A stretch of DNA of 64,000 bases, taken from the human T2T-CHM13v2.0 reference genome, Homo sapiens. The notes under the pieces are model-generated. The model had not been told where the DNA came from, did no database searches, and saw only the letters and a list, made by a program, of their open reading frames with translations. Where the stretch lies: NCBI RefSeq assembly GCF_009914755.1, contig NC_060934.1. The stretch is one strand, 5' to 3'. Positions within the stretch are counted from its first letter, which is position 1; every line of letters starts with the position of its first letter. This document shows, in pieces, positions 1-13,412 of this stretch. Both the position numbers and the translations under genes were made by a program.

Positions 1-170
1 TTTTATGGAGAAAGGGAACCATGTGCCCAGCACTGGCCTGGTGCCTTCCCAGAGCTGAAGCCACGCTAAGTGCTAACCATACTCCTGCAAATTCTCCTTG
101 CCTCTGGAGGAGCTGAGTCAGGAACTGATGCTGCATATTTGACTGTGACCTTCAGGCCATGTGTATTTTC

Positions 171-484
171 TTTTTTTAATTTTTTTTTTTTGAGACGGAG
201 TCTCGCTCTGTCACCCAGGCTAGAGTGCAGCGGTGTGATCTCGACTCACTGCAAGCTCCGCCTCCCAGGTTCACACCATTCTCCTGCCTCAGCCTCCTGA
301 GTAGCTGGGACTACAGGCACCTGCCACCACACCCAGCTAATTTTTTTTTTTTTTTTTTGTATTTTTAGTAAAGACTGGGTTTCACCATGTTAGCCAGGTT
401 GGTGTCGATCTCCTGACCTCATGATCCACCCGCCTCGGCCTCCCAAAGTCCTGGGATTACAGGCGTGAGCCACCACAGCTGGCC
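171..484 (-). mobile_element. Alu (AluY/Sc-like)
   Basis: Poly-T followed by antisense Alu body; ~18-bp TSD caggccRtgtgtatYttc at 153-170 and 485-502. Confidence 0.95.
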
Positions 485-578
485 CAGGCCGTGTGTATCT
501 TCAAACTTTTGTCTTTCTAAAGTTGGTTTTAGGGGATGTCCTAACAATTAGGTCTGCTTCTGTTTGTCCCTGTGACAG

Positions 579-650
579 GTGCTGGGTTATCTGCAACCAT
601 AGCCACAACAGAGCCTGTGTCCCTGCCATCCACACCCATGCCCCTGGCAG
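579..650 (+). CDS. Spacer exon, 72 nt: (G)AGLSATIATTEPVSLPSTPMPLA
   Basis: tgacag|...|gtaagt, phase 1-1, open; paralogue of 8802-8870. Confidence 0.85.
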
Positions 651-3600
651 GTAAGTGCTTGGGAAAATGGGGGAAGGAGCTCACACTTATGAAACAACCA
701 TAATATGATAAGCAAAGAATCAGACGCTGTCACTAGTCTATGCTCAAACCACCTACAAGTGTTACCCTTCCCCCCACCTCACCTCACTGTTTCATAAAAT
801 GAGACACAGAAAATTTTCCTAGTGTCACCCGACTAGAATGTGGTAGAGCCAAGATTTGGGCACAAATATGTCTGACTCCAAACCCATATGACTCTGCTTA
901 GCCAGTTACCTTTCATGGTGGGACAGTATTCTCCAAAGCTACCTTTGGGCTAATGGGAAGAGAACATGCTTGCAAGCCTAATTGCTATGTCCCAGGTACA
1001 TCAAGACTATAACTAGGAAATCAGGGAGTCGGCTGCGAGTTGTCACCTACTCTATAGCTTTTAATATAAAATTCCTAATTTATATTTTCCACTGTGATAA
1101 TTAGGCAAGACTTATCCTTTTAGTTTACCTGATACTGTATATCAGGTGTAAACCCAAATCCCAGTTCTTTCCTTCTAGGTGGGCAGGAAACATCTATACA
1201 TCTGCTTTACAAAGAAAGAAAGTTTGTTGTAGCATTCTGACACTTTAAGCCTGGTTCTGCAGTAACTCACATCAGTAGTAACTCAATTTGTCTAGGCCAA
1301 GCCTAATGGTGTGTGTGCATGTCTGTGTTTTGAATAAATACTATGGTGGAAGTTTAAGGCTGTGTAGATGTACTAAGCTAGCCTTACAGTCATTCTGCTA
1401 CCTCCTCAAAAAACACTACACAGCAGGCAGAGGTCTCTCCTCTGTTTCAGGCCTTCACTTGGGCCACTTTTTGACATTCTGGGCCCCTAGGAACTTTTGC
1501 CTTCAGGGACCCCTACCTCCGTTAAAAAAAAAGTATATTTATATACACACAGATATGTATGTGTATCTTCTATTTTATGGTTGTGTTGGTATAAAGACTA
1601 TATTGTAGTCATTTCTTCTGATTTTAAAACAAATGAAGGCAGGTTTGGGAGCCCTTAAAAGTCAGGTGGACCCCAGTCACTGTGCCTGCCACATCTGATT
1701 GAGGCATCTGTCCTGCTCTTCTGTGTTCTTCCAAGTAATGAACACGTGCAGACCCGCTAGACTCCAGCACCACAAGGACATTTCGGGAGGAAGAACACGA
1801 TGCATTTCCCCTGATTTGAGACTGCTTCAAATCAGGGTGTGGGGGAGGATTCTGATTTATTTCATAACCTCCTCGGGGTAGAACCGATGGACTGTGGTAA
1901 GAGCTGTCCTAACCTTATGCCCTCCTTAGGGCTAAGCCATAGGCAGTCTGCCCTGTCGATAGTGCTGCACAGAGAGCTGGCCCCATTTTCAGACACAGGT
2001 TGCTCGCAGGAGCTTTGTTGAGAAAAGAGGTTCATTTTTTATGCATAGTTCCTGGCAGGGTTGAGTTGAGAACAGTAGTTAATGGTCACACTGAATAATG
2101 CAAGTAGGAGTGGGTTGTTTATGAAATGGAGGCTGCTGGCTCAGAAGAACTGGAGCCTGTAAAGGGGGGATTGACCTAGAATCTCTCGGAAAACCTTCCC
2201 TTCCCTTCTGAGCATAATCTACTTATGATTATCATAACGACTCACATTTCCACTACATTTTTCCTCACATATATTTTCTAACTTGGTCTCAAAACAACCC
2301 ATATGTTAGATATGAAAAATATTTCTGCATTGGATTATTGACGTTATGTAATATTGTATTGTATTGTACTACCACTCCTATTTTGTAAGCTAGAGCACTG
2401 TTAATATAATGAGACACAGACTCTCAAACTTTTTGTTTAAGAAATCTAATGGAGTAGTAGGTTCTATTTTTTACTTCTCCTGTTGGCTTAAGAAAAAAGC
2501 CTCACCAGTGTTTCTAGAAAATTCTAGAACACAGAATGTCAATATAAATATCATGATCAGGGCACTGAATTACTAAATAAAACAACCATCAGAATTCCAG
2601 ATTTTTGAGAGGTTTAACAATTACTTTCACTAGACATAGAAATAATCTGAGATGATTTCTCCTTTGTTTTCTCCATCCTATCACTGATTAAAGCCCTTAA
2701 GGTGTAAACTCTTCCTTATAGAGCCTTGCACATAATAGGCATTAAGTGAATATTCTGTGGTTTAAAGTATAACTGTGTTGGCAGCAAAGAAAAGAAATGT
2801 CTTTAGTGCTAGAAAGAATGCGCTGTAATCTCCAGTCTGGGACATTCCCCCATAGCAAGGCGACTTCCACAGAAAGACTAGCAAGCGTCCACTGGGGCAT
2901 GGCTGAGAGGACTCCCCCCCAGGTCAGGGGTCCTCTGGAGTTCTTGTGCCATGTGTAGGCTTAGGCGACATGTGTAAGTTGGGAGCCCAGGGATCTAGCA
3001 TTACCTCTCTAGATGTCTAATGCAACTGCTCACCAGGGTCTTCTGGCCTCCTTGAGGCACTTCCAGGGAGTAGGAGTTCCAGCCCAGATTTTCCAAGACC
3101 CATAGAAATTTCTGTCTGCCTAACCCAGAGGAAATACCCTTTTAGTTACACATAAAGGTAGAATAAGCACTTCTCTCCCTCAAACCTTATTCTCTTCCTT
3201 GATCTCAGGTCTTTGAAACCAAAGCCAGAACATCCTACAGGCTATATCAGCTCTCTACTCTGTATGTAACCTGAGGCACAGGGCTCAGCTTGAGAGAAGG
3301 AAGGAGAAGGGTAACTTCAGGGAGGGAAATACATATAAAAAAGTTCACTGGCCTTAGAAAGCTGTACAAAATACTAATCAAACTACCCAGTTCCAATTCA
3401 CATTGCCACTTTGGCCCTGAGAAAGCTAACTTGGACTTTCTGAGTCTCACTTTCTTCATGTGAAAAACAGAGGTAATAATAGACCCAAAAGAGAGATGTA
3501 ATGGTCAAATAAGATCAAGCTTATAAAGAACCTAGGATGGCACCTGCTATTGGTAATCACCCATGAAATGTGAGTGGTAGAATTTATGATTATTATTCTT

Positions 3601-3747
3601 ACTATTATTCTTCCTATGAAATAATATCATATGGAAGATATAAGTATTATGACATCAGCAATATATCAGCACAACATAATAAGACTAAGGCAATGTCCTG
3701 ACACCAAAGGCCACTCCCCAGTGTCCCTACTTCTTGTGCCTCCCCAG

Positions 3748-4065
3748 GAGCCTGGATGGAGGTGAGGCTGCTGAACGGCACAGGAAGGTGCTCAGGCCGT
3801 GTGGAAGTTCTCGTCCAGGGCACGTGGGGGACCGTGTGTGATGATCTCTGGGACCTGGCTGAGGCCACTGTTGTGTGCCGCCAGCTGCAGTGTGGCCAGG
3901 CTGTGGCAGCCCCCACAGGGGCCCACTTTCGGGCAGGCTCTGGGAAGATCTTACTGGATGACATGCAGTGTGTGGGCAGTGAGAGCCATCTGGGTCAATG
4001 CATGCGTGGGGACCAGGCCAGGCACAACTGTGGGCACCTGGAGGATGCCAGTGTCATCTGCACAG
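3748..4065 (+). CDS. SRCR1 exon (318 nt, group B, 8 Cys, open)
   Basis: cccag|[35 protein letters not shown]...HNCGHLEDASVICT|gtaagg. Confidence 0.95.
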
Positions 4066-4202
4066 GTAAGGGGCTGTTTTCTTAACAAGAAGTCACTTCT
4101 TTGTTTTCCCTTCGAATAATACTTAATGATTGATTTTACTAAGCATTATATTATAAATGGCACTGTAAATGTTAGCATGTTGATTTTTCTTTTGATCATC
4201 AG

Positions 4203-4274
4203 GTGCTGGCAATTCACCAGGTCTTGCTCCAACCACAGAGCCTGAAGCTGTCACTTCATCATACACACCATCAG
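4203..4274 (+). CDS. Spacer exon, 72 nt: (G)AGNSPGLAPTTEPEAVTSSYTPS
   Basis: Pyrimidine tract + catcag|...|gttggt, phase 1-1, open. Confidence 0.75.
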
Positions 4275-4343
4275 GTTGGTTCAATCTTTGCCAAAGCAAA
4301 AGAACCAAGCAAAGATTTCTGTCTCTTGCATAAGCCAGGATAG

Positions 4344-4692
<349 letters not shown>

Positions 4693-4825
4693 ATATCTTT
4701 AAATTTAAAGTAGAGTTCTTTTAGGTAGGATATACTTGGGTTTTGCTTATTAAAAACCCTATTTGAAATCTCTGCCTTTTATTTGTGGTGTTTAGACCAT
4801 TTATATTTAATATGATGACTGGCAG

Positions 4826-5395
4826 ATACAGCTTACTAATTATCCATTGTTGTATAACAAATTACACAAAATTTTTATTTTAGAATGACAGATATTTATT
4901 AGCTCAGTTCCTGTGGGTCACATATCTTATTAGCTTAGCTGGGTGGTCCTGGCTCAGGGTCTTTCATGAGGTTATAGTCAAGCAGTCGGCCAGCGGTACA
5001 GTTAAGAATAGGCTTTTTTCTGAGCTCACTCACATGGTTTATTGGTGTCTTCTATTCCTCATGTGCTCTTTTACTTAGGACTTGAGTTTCTTGATGGCTT
5101 CTAACTGTAGGCTTCTCTGAATTCCTTGCCCCATGGGCCTGTCCATAGGGCCATGAACAAAATAGAGGCTGACTTCCACCATAGCAAGTGATGAGAGAGA
5201 GACAGAGAGAGAGCTCAAGACAGGACCCACAGTCTTATAATTCAATCTCAGAAGTGACAAGTCATAATTTTTGCTCTATACTATTGATCAAAAGTAAGTT
5301 ATTAAGTCCAATCCAAAACACAGGGAGGGAAATCAAACCCTAGCTCTTGAAGGAAGGAATATCAAATAATTTATGAGTATATTTTAAAAATCACC
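4826..5395. mobile_element. MaLR LTR (MLT-like), approximate boundaries
   Basis: MLT-type motifs (ctgtgggtca...cttagctgggtggtcctggctcagggtctttcatgagg). Confidence 0.55.
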
Positions 5396-5589
5396 ACTGT
5401 TAAGTTTAAATCTACCATTGTGATATTTGTTTAAATTTACCATTTTGCCAGTTGTTTTCTATTCATTCTACCTGTTCTTTTTTACCACGTTTTTGTCTTC
5501 TTTTTTTGGAATTTATTGTTCCATTTTGTCTACTTTTTTGTCTGCTAGGTATAATTGCATTTTAAGTGGTTACTTTAGGATTTATAATA

Positions 5590-7190
5590 AACATCTTTTC
5601 TATGTGGCATCCTGTTTCTTCTGCCTGAAAGACTACCTTTAATACATCCTGTAGTGAGGGTCTACTGGTGACAAATTATTTCACCTTTTCTGTGCCTGAA
5701 AGCATCTTTATGTCATCTTCATTTTTTTAAAGATAATTTTCCTGGGTATAGAAATCTAGGTTGACCTTTTTGTTTCAATGCTTTAAATATGTTATTTCAC
5801 TGTTGTCAGAATTTCATTCTTTCTGTCAAGAAGTCTATTGTCATTATCACCTTTTTTCTCTGTATACAATGTTTCATTTCTGGCTGCTTTTAAGATATTC
5901 TATTTATATGAATTCTAATCTATTTGGTTATAACGTACCTTGGGATAGTTTTCTTCATGTTTCTTCTGGTTAGAGGTCATTGACGTTCATGAATCTGTGG
6001 TTCACAGGGTTTTTTTGAATCAAATTTAGAAGTTTATCTCTTCAAATATTTTGTTCCCATCTTTTCTTCTCTCCTTTATGAACTCCAATTAAACATACAT
6101 TAGGTTACTTGAAGTTGTCTCACAATTCCCTGGTGCTCTGCTCATTTTTTTTTTAGTTTTTTTTTTTCCCCATGGCATTTAGCTTTGGATATGTCTTCAA
6201 GTTCACTTACTTTTTTCTCTGCAGTATCTAATCTGCTGTTAATCATATCCAGTGTATTTTTCATCTCAGGCATTATTGTTTTCTTCTTGAGAAGTTTAAT
6301 TTGGGTCTTTTTTATATCTTCCATATCTATACTTTTCATGTTCCATCTTTCCTCTACCTTCTTGATTGTATGATATAATTATTGTTTTCATTCTCTAGTG
6401 TAAAAATTATATTATTTTTACCATTTATTGGTCTGTTTCCACTGATTTATTCTTCCCATCATGGGTCATAGTTTTCTGTTTCTTTACAGCCTTGGCAATT
6501 TTCTATTGGATGCCAGATGTTGCCATTTACCATTTTGAGTATGAGTTATTGTTTATTTTCAATCTTACTTTAAATCACTCAAGTTACTTGGAAACAGTTT
6601 GGTCCATTTAAGCCTTGTGATTAAGTTTTGTCAGGCAAGAGTAGAGAGAACTTTAGTATGGAGCTAATTTTCCCCACTACTGGGAAATACCCTTCTGATT
6701 ACCATACCGAATGCCTCATGTATTGCCTGGTTTCACTCTGGCTGGTAGGAAAAGGAACTATTCCCATCCCTGTGCAATCACCAAAGATTGTTCCCTCTAC
6801 TCCTTTTAGGCAGTTCTTACCTTGGTCTTAGATATTTGCTCCACACACGTCTGCTGATTAGTACTTAGATAAAAACTTGAGAGAGACTCTCTGAAAATCT
6901 CTGGAGCTCTCTCTGTAGGCAGAGAGGTGAGCAACCTCCAGTACTTCCCAGTGAACTCTAGCCACTTTGTTTTCCCTGAATTTTCAGATCTATCTTTTGA
7001 AGGAGTCTGCCAGGATCCACCTGGGTTCCTCTTCACTCTGTTGTGCTCTGGAACTCTAATTAATAACCTAGGGTAATTATAGGACTCCCCATGCTCATTC
7101 ACTCTCTCTTAGTGATTGCTCTCCTGTGCTGCCTGTTGTCCAAGATCAGAAAGCCATAATTTAATGTATTTTTTCTGATTTCTTAGTTGT
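5590..7190 (-). mobile_element. Old L1M fragment
   Basis: T-rich + strand; minus ORF 6142-6339 has an L1 ORF1-like coiled coil (EMKNTLDMINSRLDTAEKKVSELED). Confidence 0.7.
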
Positions 7191-7214
7191 AGAATGGTAA
7201 ATCTGTACCCAATT

Positions 7215-7812
7215 ATGGTAGTTTTCTGTTGCTGCCATAACAAACTGCTACAAACTTAGCAGCTCTAAACATTATCAATGCGTCATTTTTATAATTCTGT
7301 AAGTCATAAGTCCAGCGGGCTTAGCTGTTCTGTTTCAAGTCTTGAAAGGAAAAATTAAGATGCCAGTAGAAATCTGAAGGAGAATCTATTTCCAGGCTTA
7401 TTGGGGTTGTTGGCAGAATTCAGTTACATGCAGTTGTACAACTGAGGTCCCTGTTTCCCTGCTGACTGCTGGGTGGGGGTTGTTCTCAGATTTTAGAAAC
7501 CACTCACATTCCCTAGCTCATGACCCCTTCATCTTAAAGCTTGCATCAGTGAGTCAAGTCATTTTCATGCTTTTTAAATATCTCCTGCCTCTTCTTCTGC
7601 CATACCTCTCTATTTCAGCCAGAAAAGATTCTCTGCTTGTAAGAGAGAATTAGATTGGATGCACCCAGAAAATCCAAGATAATCTCCCATTTTGTGACCT
7701 GTCACCTTAATCACATCTGCAAAGTCTCTTCTGCCATATCATGTAACCTATTTGCAGATTCCAGGGAGTAAAACATAGACAGCTTAAGGAAGTCAATATT
7801 TAACCTCCCACA
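7215..7812. mobile_element. MaLR LTR (MLT1-like), approximate
   Basis: ttgctgccataacaaactgctacaaacttagc ... ccttaatcacatctgcaaagtc MaLR motifs. Confidence 0.6.
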
Positions 7813-8466
7813 CCAGTTACTACATCTGAGATGGAAATCGAAGTCAGTTTATTTTATTATAAAATGTATTAAAAACAATGAATACGTCAAGAATAGTGTA
7901 ATGAACAATTGAATACTCACTAGTAGATTCTATCAAATATTAATATTTATTATAATTATTTTAGATTTTTAATAAAACAATACAGTAATTAAATGATATT
8001 TTATGAGTTAATAGGATATAAATGGAGGCTTATTTTGTTATGTGAGCCTCCCATGGTTTAAGCTACTAAGAGTTCAAATAAATTCAGCAAACATCTAGAA
8101 ATAAACCAAAAGCTTTAGCCATTTAACTAAATATATCTGGTTTGTTCCTAAAAGGAATTTTTCCTTTCAGAATTTATTTTATGGGTGTTTAAAGGGTTAG
8201 AATGTGCTAACTAGGTGAGAGTTCTAAACGTACTGGATTTTCCATCCCATTATGCTCTAACTAGCGATAGATGAATGTGGTAGAGAAGGGAGAGTGGATG
8301 ATCCTCCCTACCTGAATCTGCCTCTTGGGGAGCCAACCAAAACACTGACTGGACACATTTGAGCCCAGTCATTCTCTTTGGGCTTGTTGTCAGAAGTTTT
8401 CCCTTCTGTGTGTAGCTAGGAGGTATCTAGCAGTGAACAAGGCCTCTCTTTGTTTTATACTCACAG

Positions 8467-8535
8467 GTCAAGCACTGTTATTAGCTGTGCCCACCACAAA
8501 GCCTGCTGTGCTTCCCTCAACCCCCTTTCCAACAG
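8467..8535 (+). CDS. Spacer exon, 69 nt: (G)QALLLAVPTTKPAVLPSTPFPT
   Basis: tcacag|...|gtcagt, phase 1-1, open. Confidence 0.8.
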
Positions 8536-8801
8536 GTCAGTTGGCATTTGTTCTGTGGGGAATGGGGAAAGGGAACCGTGTTCCAAGCCCTAGGCTTGTC
8601 CCTTCCCAGATCTAAAGCCACACTGGGTGTGATCATACTCCTGCAAATTCTCCTTGCCTCTGAGAAGCTAACTCAGGAGCTGATGCTGCCTATTTGACGG
8701 TGACCTTCAGGCTGTGTCTATTTTCAAATCTTCATCTTTCTAAAGTTGGGTTTAGAGGATGTTCTAACTATTAGGGATGCTTCTGTTTGTCCTTATGACA
8801 G

Positions 8802-8870
8802 GTGATGGATTATCTGCAACCATAGCCACGACAGCCATGACCCTGCCATCCACACCCATGCCCCCAGCAG
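8802..8870 (+). CDS. Spacer exon, 69 nt: (G)DGLSATIATTAMTLPSTPMPPA
   Basis: tgacag|...|gtaagt; paralogue of 579-650. Confidence 0.85.
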
Positions 8871-9239
8871 GTAAGTCTTTTGGAAAATGGGTGAAGTAGC
8901 TAACATTTATGAAACAACCATGATGTGATAAGCAGAGAAGTAGATGCTTTCACTTAACTAACATCTCATTTTATGCTCACACAAACCTACAAGTAAAGTT
9001 ACTCCTGACCCACCCTCATTTTTTTACATAGAAAGACAGAGGAAAATTAATTTACCTAGGATTAATTGACTAGAAAATGGTAGAGTAAGGATTTGAGCAC
9101 ATACTCTCAGGTCCCAATCCCATATACCTCTACTTGGCCAAAGCTTCTGAGGGAGACAATGCTAGAGGGACAGAAACTTCTGGCAGACCTAATTGCTAAG
9201 ACCCAGATACATCAAGACCTTAATTCAGAAATTGTAAAG

Positions 9240-10130
9240 TCTGATGTCTTTCAGATCGTCTGTGTGTTGTCTTTTGTTTTCTCTGAAACCTTTTAGGACC
9301 TTTCTCTGTTCTTGTGTCTTGAGCTTCCATGATGTTTTACCTTGGTCTGAGTCTTTTTTCACACATTATTCTACATACTCCATTTAAGCTTTTAGTCTAG
9401 AGATGCATATTCCTCAGTTCTCGCAAATTTTCTTGAATTATTTGTTTGATAATTTCCTCTTGTCTGTTTTCCGCCTTGAAATCCCTTAGACAGATGTTGG
9501 ATTTCCTATATTGATCAGCTAAATTTTGTAATTTATTTGTTTTTAATTTTGCATTTTAAGATCTTTTGCTGTGTATTAAAGTTTTATTCAACATTATCCT
9601 TTAAGTGTTTGGTTTTTAAAAAAAATTCAGCCATTGTATTTTTTAATTTCCAAGTGCATTTTCTTATTGCCTGGCTTTTCCTTTTTCATAACTTTCTGTT
9701 CTTGTTTCACAGATGCAGTACCTTTTCTAACTGTCTCAGTATACGTATTATAACTCTACTCAAAACTTTTTTCTCCTTTTGTTGTCCCTGTTTCTTTTCT
9801 CTGTTTTTCTAGTTGTTCTAATTTATGCCTCTTAGGCTGGATACTTTTCTTAAAGATCCAGGCATTCCTGGCTATCTGTTTGCATTTAAGAATGAGGCAC
9901 TAAGGAGCTGATGCAAGTTAGGTGATGTCTCTCTGCTGGTTTTCCAGCAGCAGAATGGGGAAAGACAGCTAACACGTCCAGATCTCAGCTCTACCCTCAG
10001 TTCACCTGATGTCTGCAAGAATGGACCTTCGGGATTTAATTTCTCCAGAGAATAAATTCCCTGGCTGTGAGCGGGGAAAAAAATAAAAAACCCTTCTACA
10101 GATTTTCAACCAACAACCCTTTTTAGCATG
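9240..10130 (-). mobile_element. Old L1M fragment (approximate)
   Basis: T-rich, resembles the antisense L1 tract at 5590-7190. Confidence 0.45.
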
Positions 10131-10372
10131 GTAGTGATTGACCAGTATTGGAAACCAGGTGAGTTATTAGAAGAGTCAGTGGTCGTGTCCTTAAAACACA
10201 AATCCATGCAAAGATACTATTTAAAAGCAGCTTGTTTATAGTTTTATCATGGAATAGATGGGACTATAAAGCTGTTTAGATCATTTGTCTTGCATGTTGT
10301 AGTTTTGTATAATACAACTTATCTGTTTTACAAATTAGTTTACTTCATTCTGCAAATTATGGTGCCTGTTTC

Positions 10373-10943
10373 TGTTGGGGTGATCAGACCTGACACCAGG
10401 CCGTGGGGGCTACAGAGTCCAGCAGAGTCAAAGGAATGAGAAAAGACAGGTTAAGAGTACATAAGGTGGGTCCAGGGGGCCAGTGCTGGTATGGAGGCTG
10501 CAAAGGCCCCCAAGCTCTGGGAGCCTACACTATTTACTGGTGATCAACAAAGAAACAGATGGTGAGGACGTGCGGATGTGGGGGTAGAAAGGTAGTGGTG
10601 CATCAAGTGTAGCTGTGTCGGTTTCGCATTTTCTTTGATGCATATAGCTGCTTGAGATGATGGAGAACATGTTTACGAGCCTGGGAGAGCAACCAATAAG
10701 TCTGTGCACATTCCAGAGGCCATGAGGGGTTTTATGCCCTGAGCCCTGGATTCCATCCAAGCCACGAGGGGTTTTATGCCCTGGGCTTAGATTTGTGGTG
10801 TGGCAGGGCAGCCTTCCACCCTTTGGCACAGAGCTTGGTGTTCCAAAGGCCACAAGGAGTTTTAGACCCTGGACCCTGGACATCTTCTAAGACTCTTATA
10901 TTATGACAGACAAGCCAGTCCTGCCTCAGCTCTTCTACCAACA
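10373..10943 (-). mobile_element. Solo ERV LTR, probably LTR22 (HERV-K HML-5)
   Basis: tgttgg...ccaaca termini and perfect 6-bp TSD tgtttc (10367-72 / 10944-49); family assignment from recalled consensus. Confidence 0.75.
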
Positions 10944-11373
10944 TGTTTCATTCCTCAGTAGCAAGTAAAGTCTCATTTTCTTAATTTAAAATTTAAAGTT
11001 CCATATTGGAATGCTTGTGTTCAAATTTGAGAAGGCCACATAGAAATGTATGACCTTGAGCAGATTACTTGAACTCCCTGAGTTGCAGTTTCTTTATTAG
11101 CAAAAAGGAAAAAATAATTAAAGCAATATCAAAGACTCATTGTGAGGGTCAAGTAAGATTAAACTTGTAAAGCACTCTTATGGTGTCTATAAGGTGGTAA
11201 ACCCTATGAAATATTAGTATTGTTATTATCATTATCATGACTATTTTGTGGTATATGAAAGATATTAATATATATATAACTAGTAGTATAAGAGCTCAAT
11301 ATAACAGGATCAAGGCAATATCCTGACACAAGGAGCCCAGTCCCCAGTCCCCTTCCCCTTGTGCCCCCACAAA

Positions 11374-11691
11374 GAACCTGGAGGGAGGTGAGGCTGCTGA
11401 ATGGCATGAGGAGATGCTCAAGCCTTGTGGAGGCTCTCATTTAGGGCACACAGGGGACCGCATGTGGTGATCTCTGAGATCTGGCTGAGGCCACCATTGT
11501 GTGCCACCAGCTGCAATATGGCCAGGCTATGGCAGCCCGCATAAGGGCCCACTTTTGGTCAGGCTCCAGGAAGATCCTGCTAGATGACTTTCAGCATGTG
11601 GGCAGTGAGAGCCACCTGGGGCAGTGCGTGAACAGGAGCTGGACCAGGCACAATTGTGGGCACCTGGAGAATGCCAGCATCATCTGCACAA
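11374..11691 (+). pseudogene. SRCR2 exon, disabled
   Basis: 318-nt paralogue of SRCR1. Acceptor AG is now AA; in-frame TAG at 11442-44 and TGA at 11475-77; Cys>Tyr and Cys>His. Confidence 0.92.
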
Positions 11692-11825
11692 GTGAAGGAA
11701 TGGCTCTCAGTCCTCACTTAGATGTAAAATATTATTCCCCAGGATCTTTCTACAGAATTGGCAGTGTTGCAGATAGCTCACACATGAGAGTATATAGATG
11801 ATAGATGTTCTCTCTTTACTGGTAG

Positions 11826-11855
11826 GTGCCAAGTCTTCAATCACTTCTCCAACAG
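11826..11855 (+). CDS. Micro-exon, 30 nt: (G)AKSSITSPT
   Basis: ag|...|gtagga; paralogue of 16368-16397. Confidence 0.7.
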
Positions 11856-13364
11856 GTAGGACCAACTTCCCTTTGTTAACTAGATGAAACACTTGTGGAT
11901 ATTTTCTACTGATCTTAACCAAGAGCCAAAGATCACCTCCTACTTCATCTTACAAGTCTTCTTTCTAGTTCATCTTGCAAGATATCCAGCTGACCTCCCT
12001 GAGGAAAGCAATGTACTCTGCGATTGCCTCCACAGAGCCTTCTTAACCTGCAGGCTCAAACTGCAGGGACTGGCATGCACAGCTTCTTACGAACAAAGAG
12101 CAGCATCCAAGCTCCCTAAGTGGTACAAGCCTGCAGGAACCTCTGTACATCAGGAAAGAAAATAAAAGTCACCTTGAATATATTAGTCCTCGTCTGTGTT
12201 AGGACTAGTTCCATTTTCTTGCCCTTTACTGCATATGTGAGTTGAAAGGTATAGAAGAATGATCAACATCACCTTTCTTTGGCATCTGTAACACCTGAAT
12301 TGCTAGCTTCCAGGCAATGAAACCACATCATTAACACGTGATTGAACCTAGTTAGTCAATTTAAGAAAATAATACTCTGTGATTCAGGACACTTGATATT
12401 TACAAACTGCCACCATACACGTGATTTAATTTGATCCTCACAATATCCAGTGAAGTTGCCAACACAGAGACTATCTCCATTTCTCAGATGATAAAACTAA
12501 GGCTCAAAGAAGCAAAAGAGCTTTATTTGTTTTTCTTACATCTTATCTGCTGTACTCCTTTAGAAAACATATTGACACATAGTAGTTGTTCAGTAAATGG
12601 TGCCAATGTTTATCCCGGTATTTCAAACATCCAACTACCTGACATGGAATTGAAAAATGGGAAGTCGATACAAGCCATGCAACATTTATGCTTGGTAATA
12701 AATCATCAGGCTGATTGCTGCCAGATTCTAAACCACATGTTCAAATAAGTGTGATATCAGTCTTCTGAGAAATGTCACACAGATAATAAAGTCAGTACTT
12801 TCATATTTTTCACCTGGGGACACTTTCTGTCCATAGTACTTCACTCCTGAGATAATTTGGCTAATAAACACCAATCATGGTGGTCCCTGATGTGTGTCTT
12901 TGTACAGAATCAAAGACATATAAAGTTTAAATTTGGATGGATACTTAAGAACGTACAGCAAAAATTCTGAGTTTAATTTCCTCCTTATTCCCATATTTTT
13001 ACATCAGAAAAGAAGACAAAATGAGCAATAAAAATGTAGACTTCATACAGTTACCTTATTTTACCTGAATCTTGTTTCAGTAAGAAATGAGCTGGTTAGG
13101 GTTAGGATCTTTGAAAACAAGTAGACCTGGCTTCATATCCCAGTTCAGACACTTCCAAGCACTGAGCTTCTGGGCAAGCAACTCACTCTCCCTGAGTCTT
13201 GGTTTCTGCATTTGTAAAATAGGAGGAAATAGTCCATCCCTTACTTGGTGGTCAAGAAGTTAAAACAAGGTCACCCAGGCAGAGCATTTGACCTAGTGTC
13301 TGGCAAAGAGATAGCATATGATAAATGCGATCCTAGCTACCGTCTTGTTTTGTCTCCGTTACAG

Positions 13365-13412
13365 CTCCTGAGTCATTTGCTGCTCCTGGGGCAACAAAAC
13401 CCACAATTTATG
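13365..13412 (+). CDS. Micro-exon, 48 nt: (A)PESFAAPGATKPTIY
   Basis: ttacag|...|gtaagc, phase 1-1. Confidence 0.7.
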
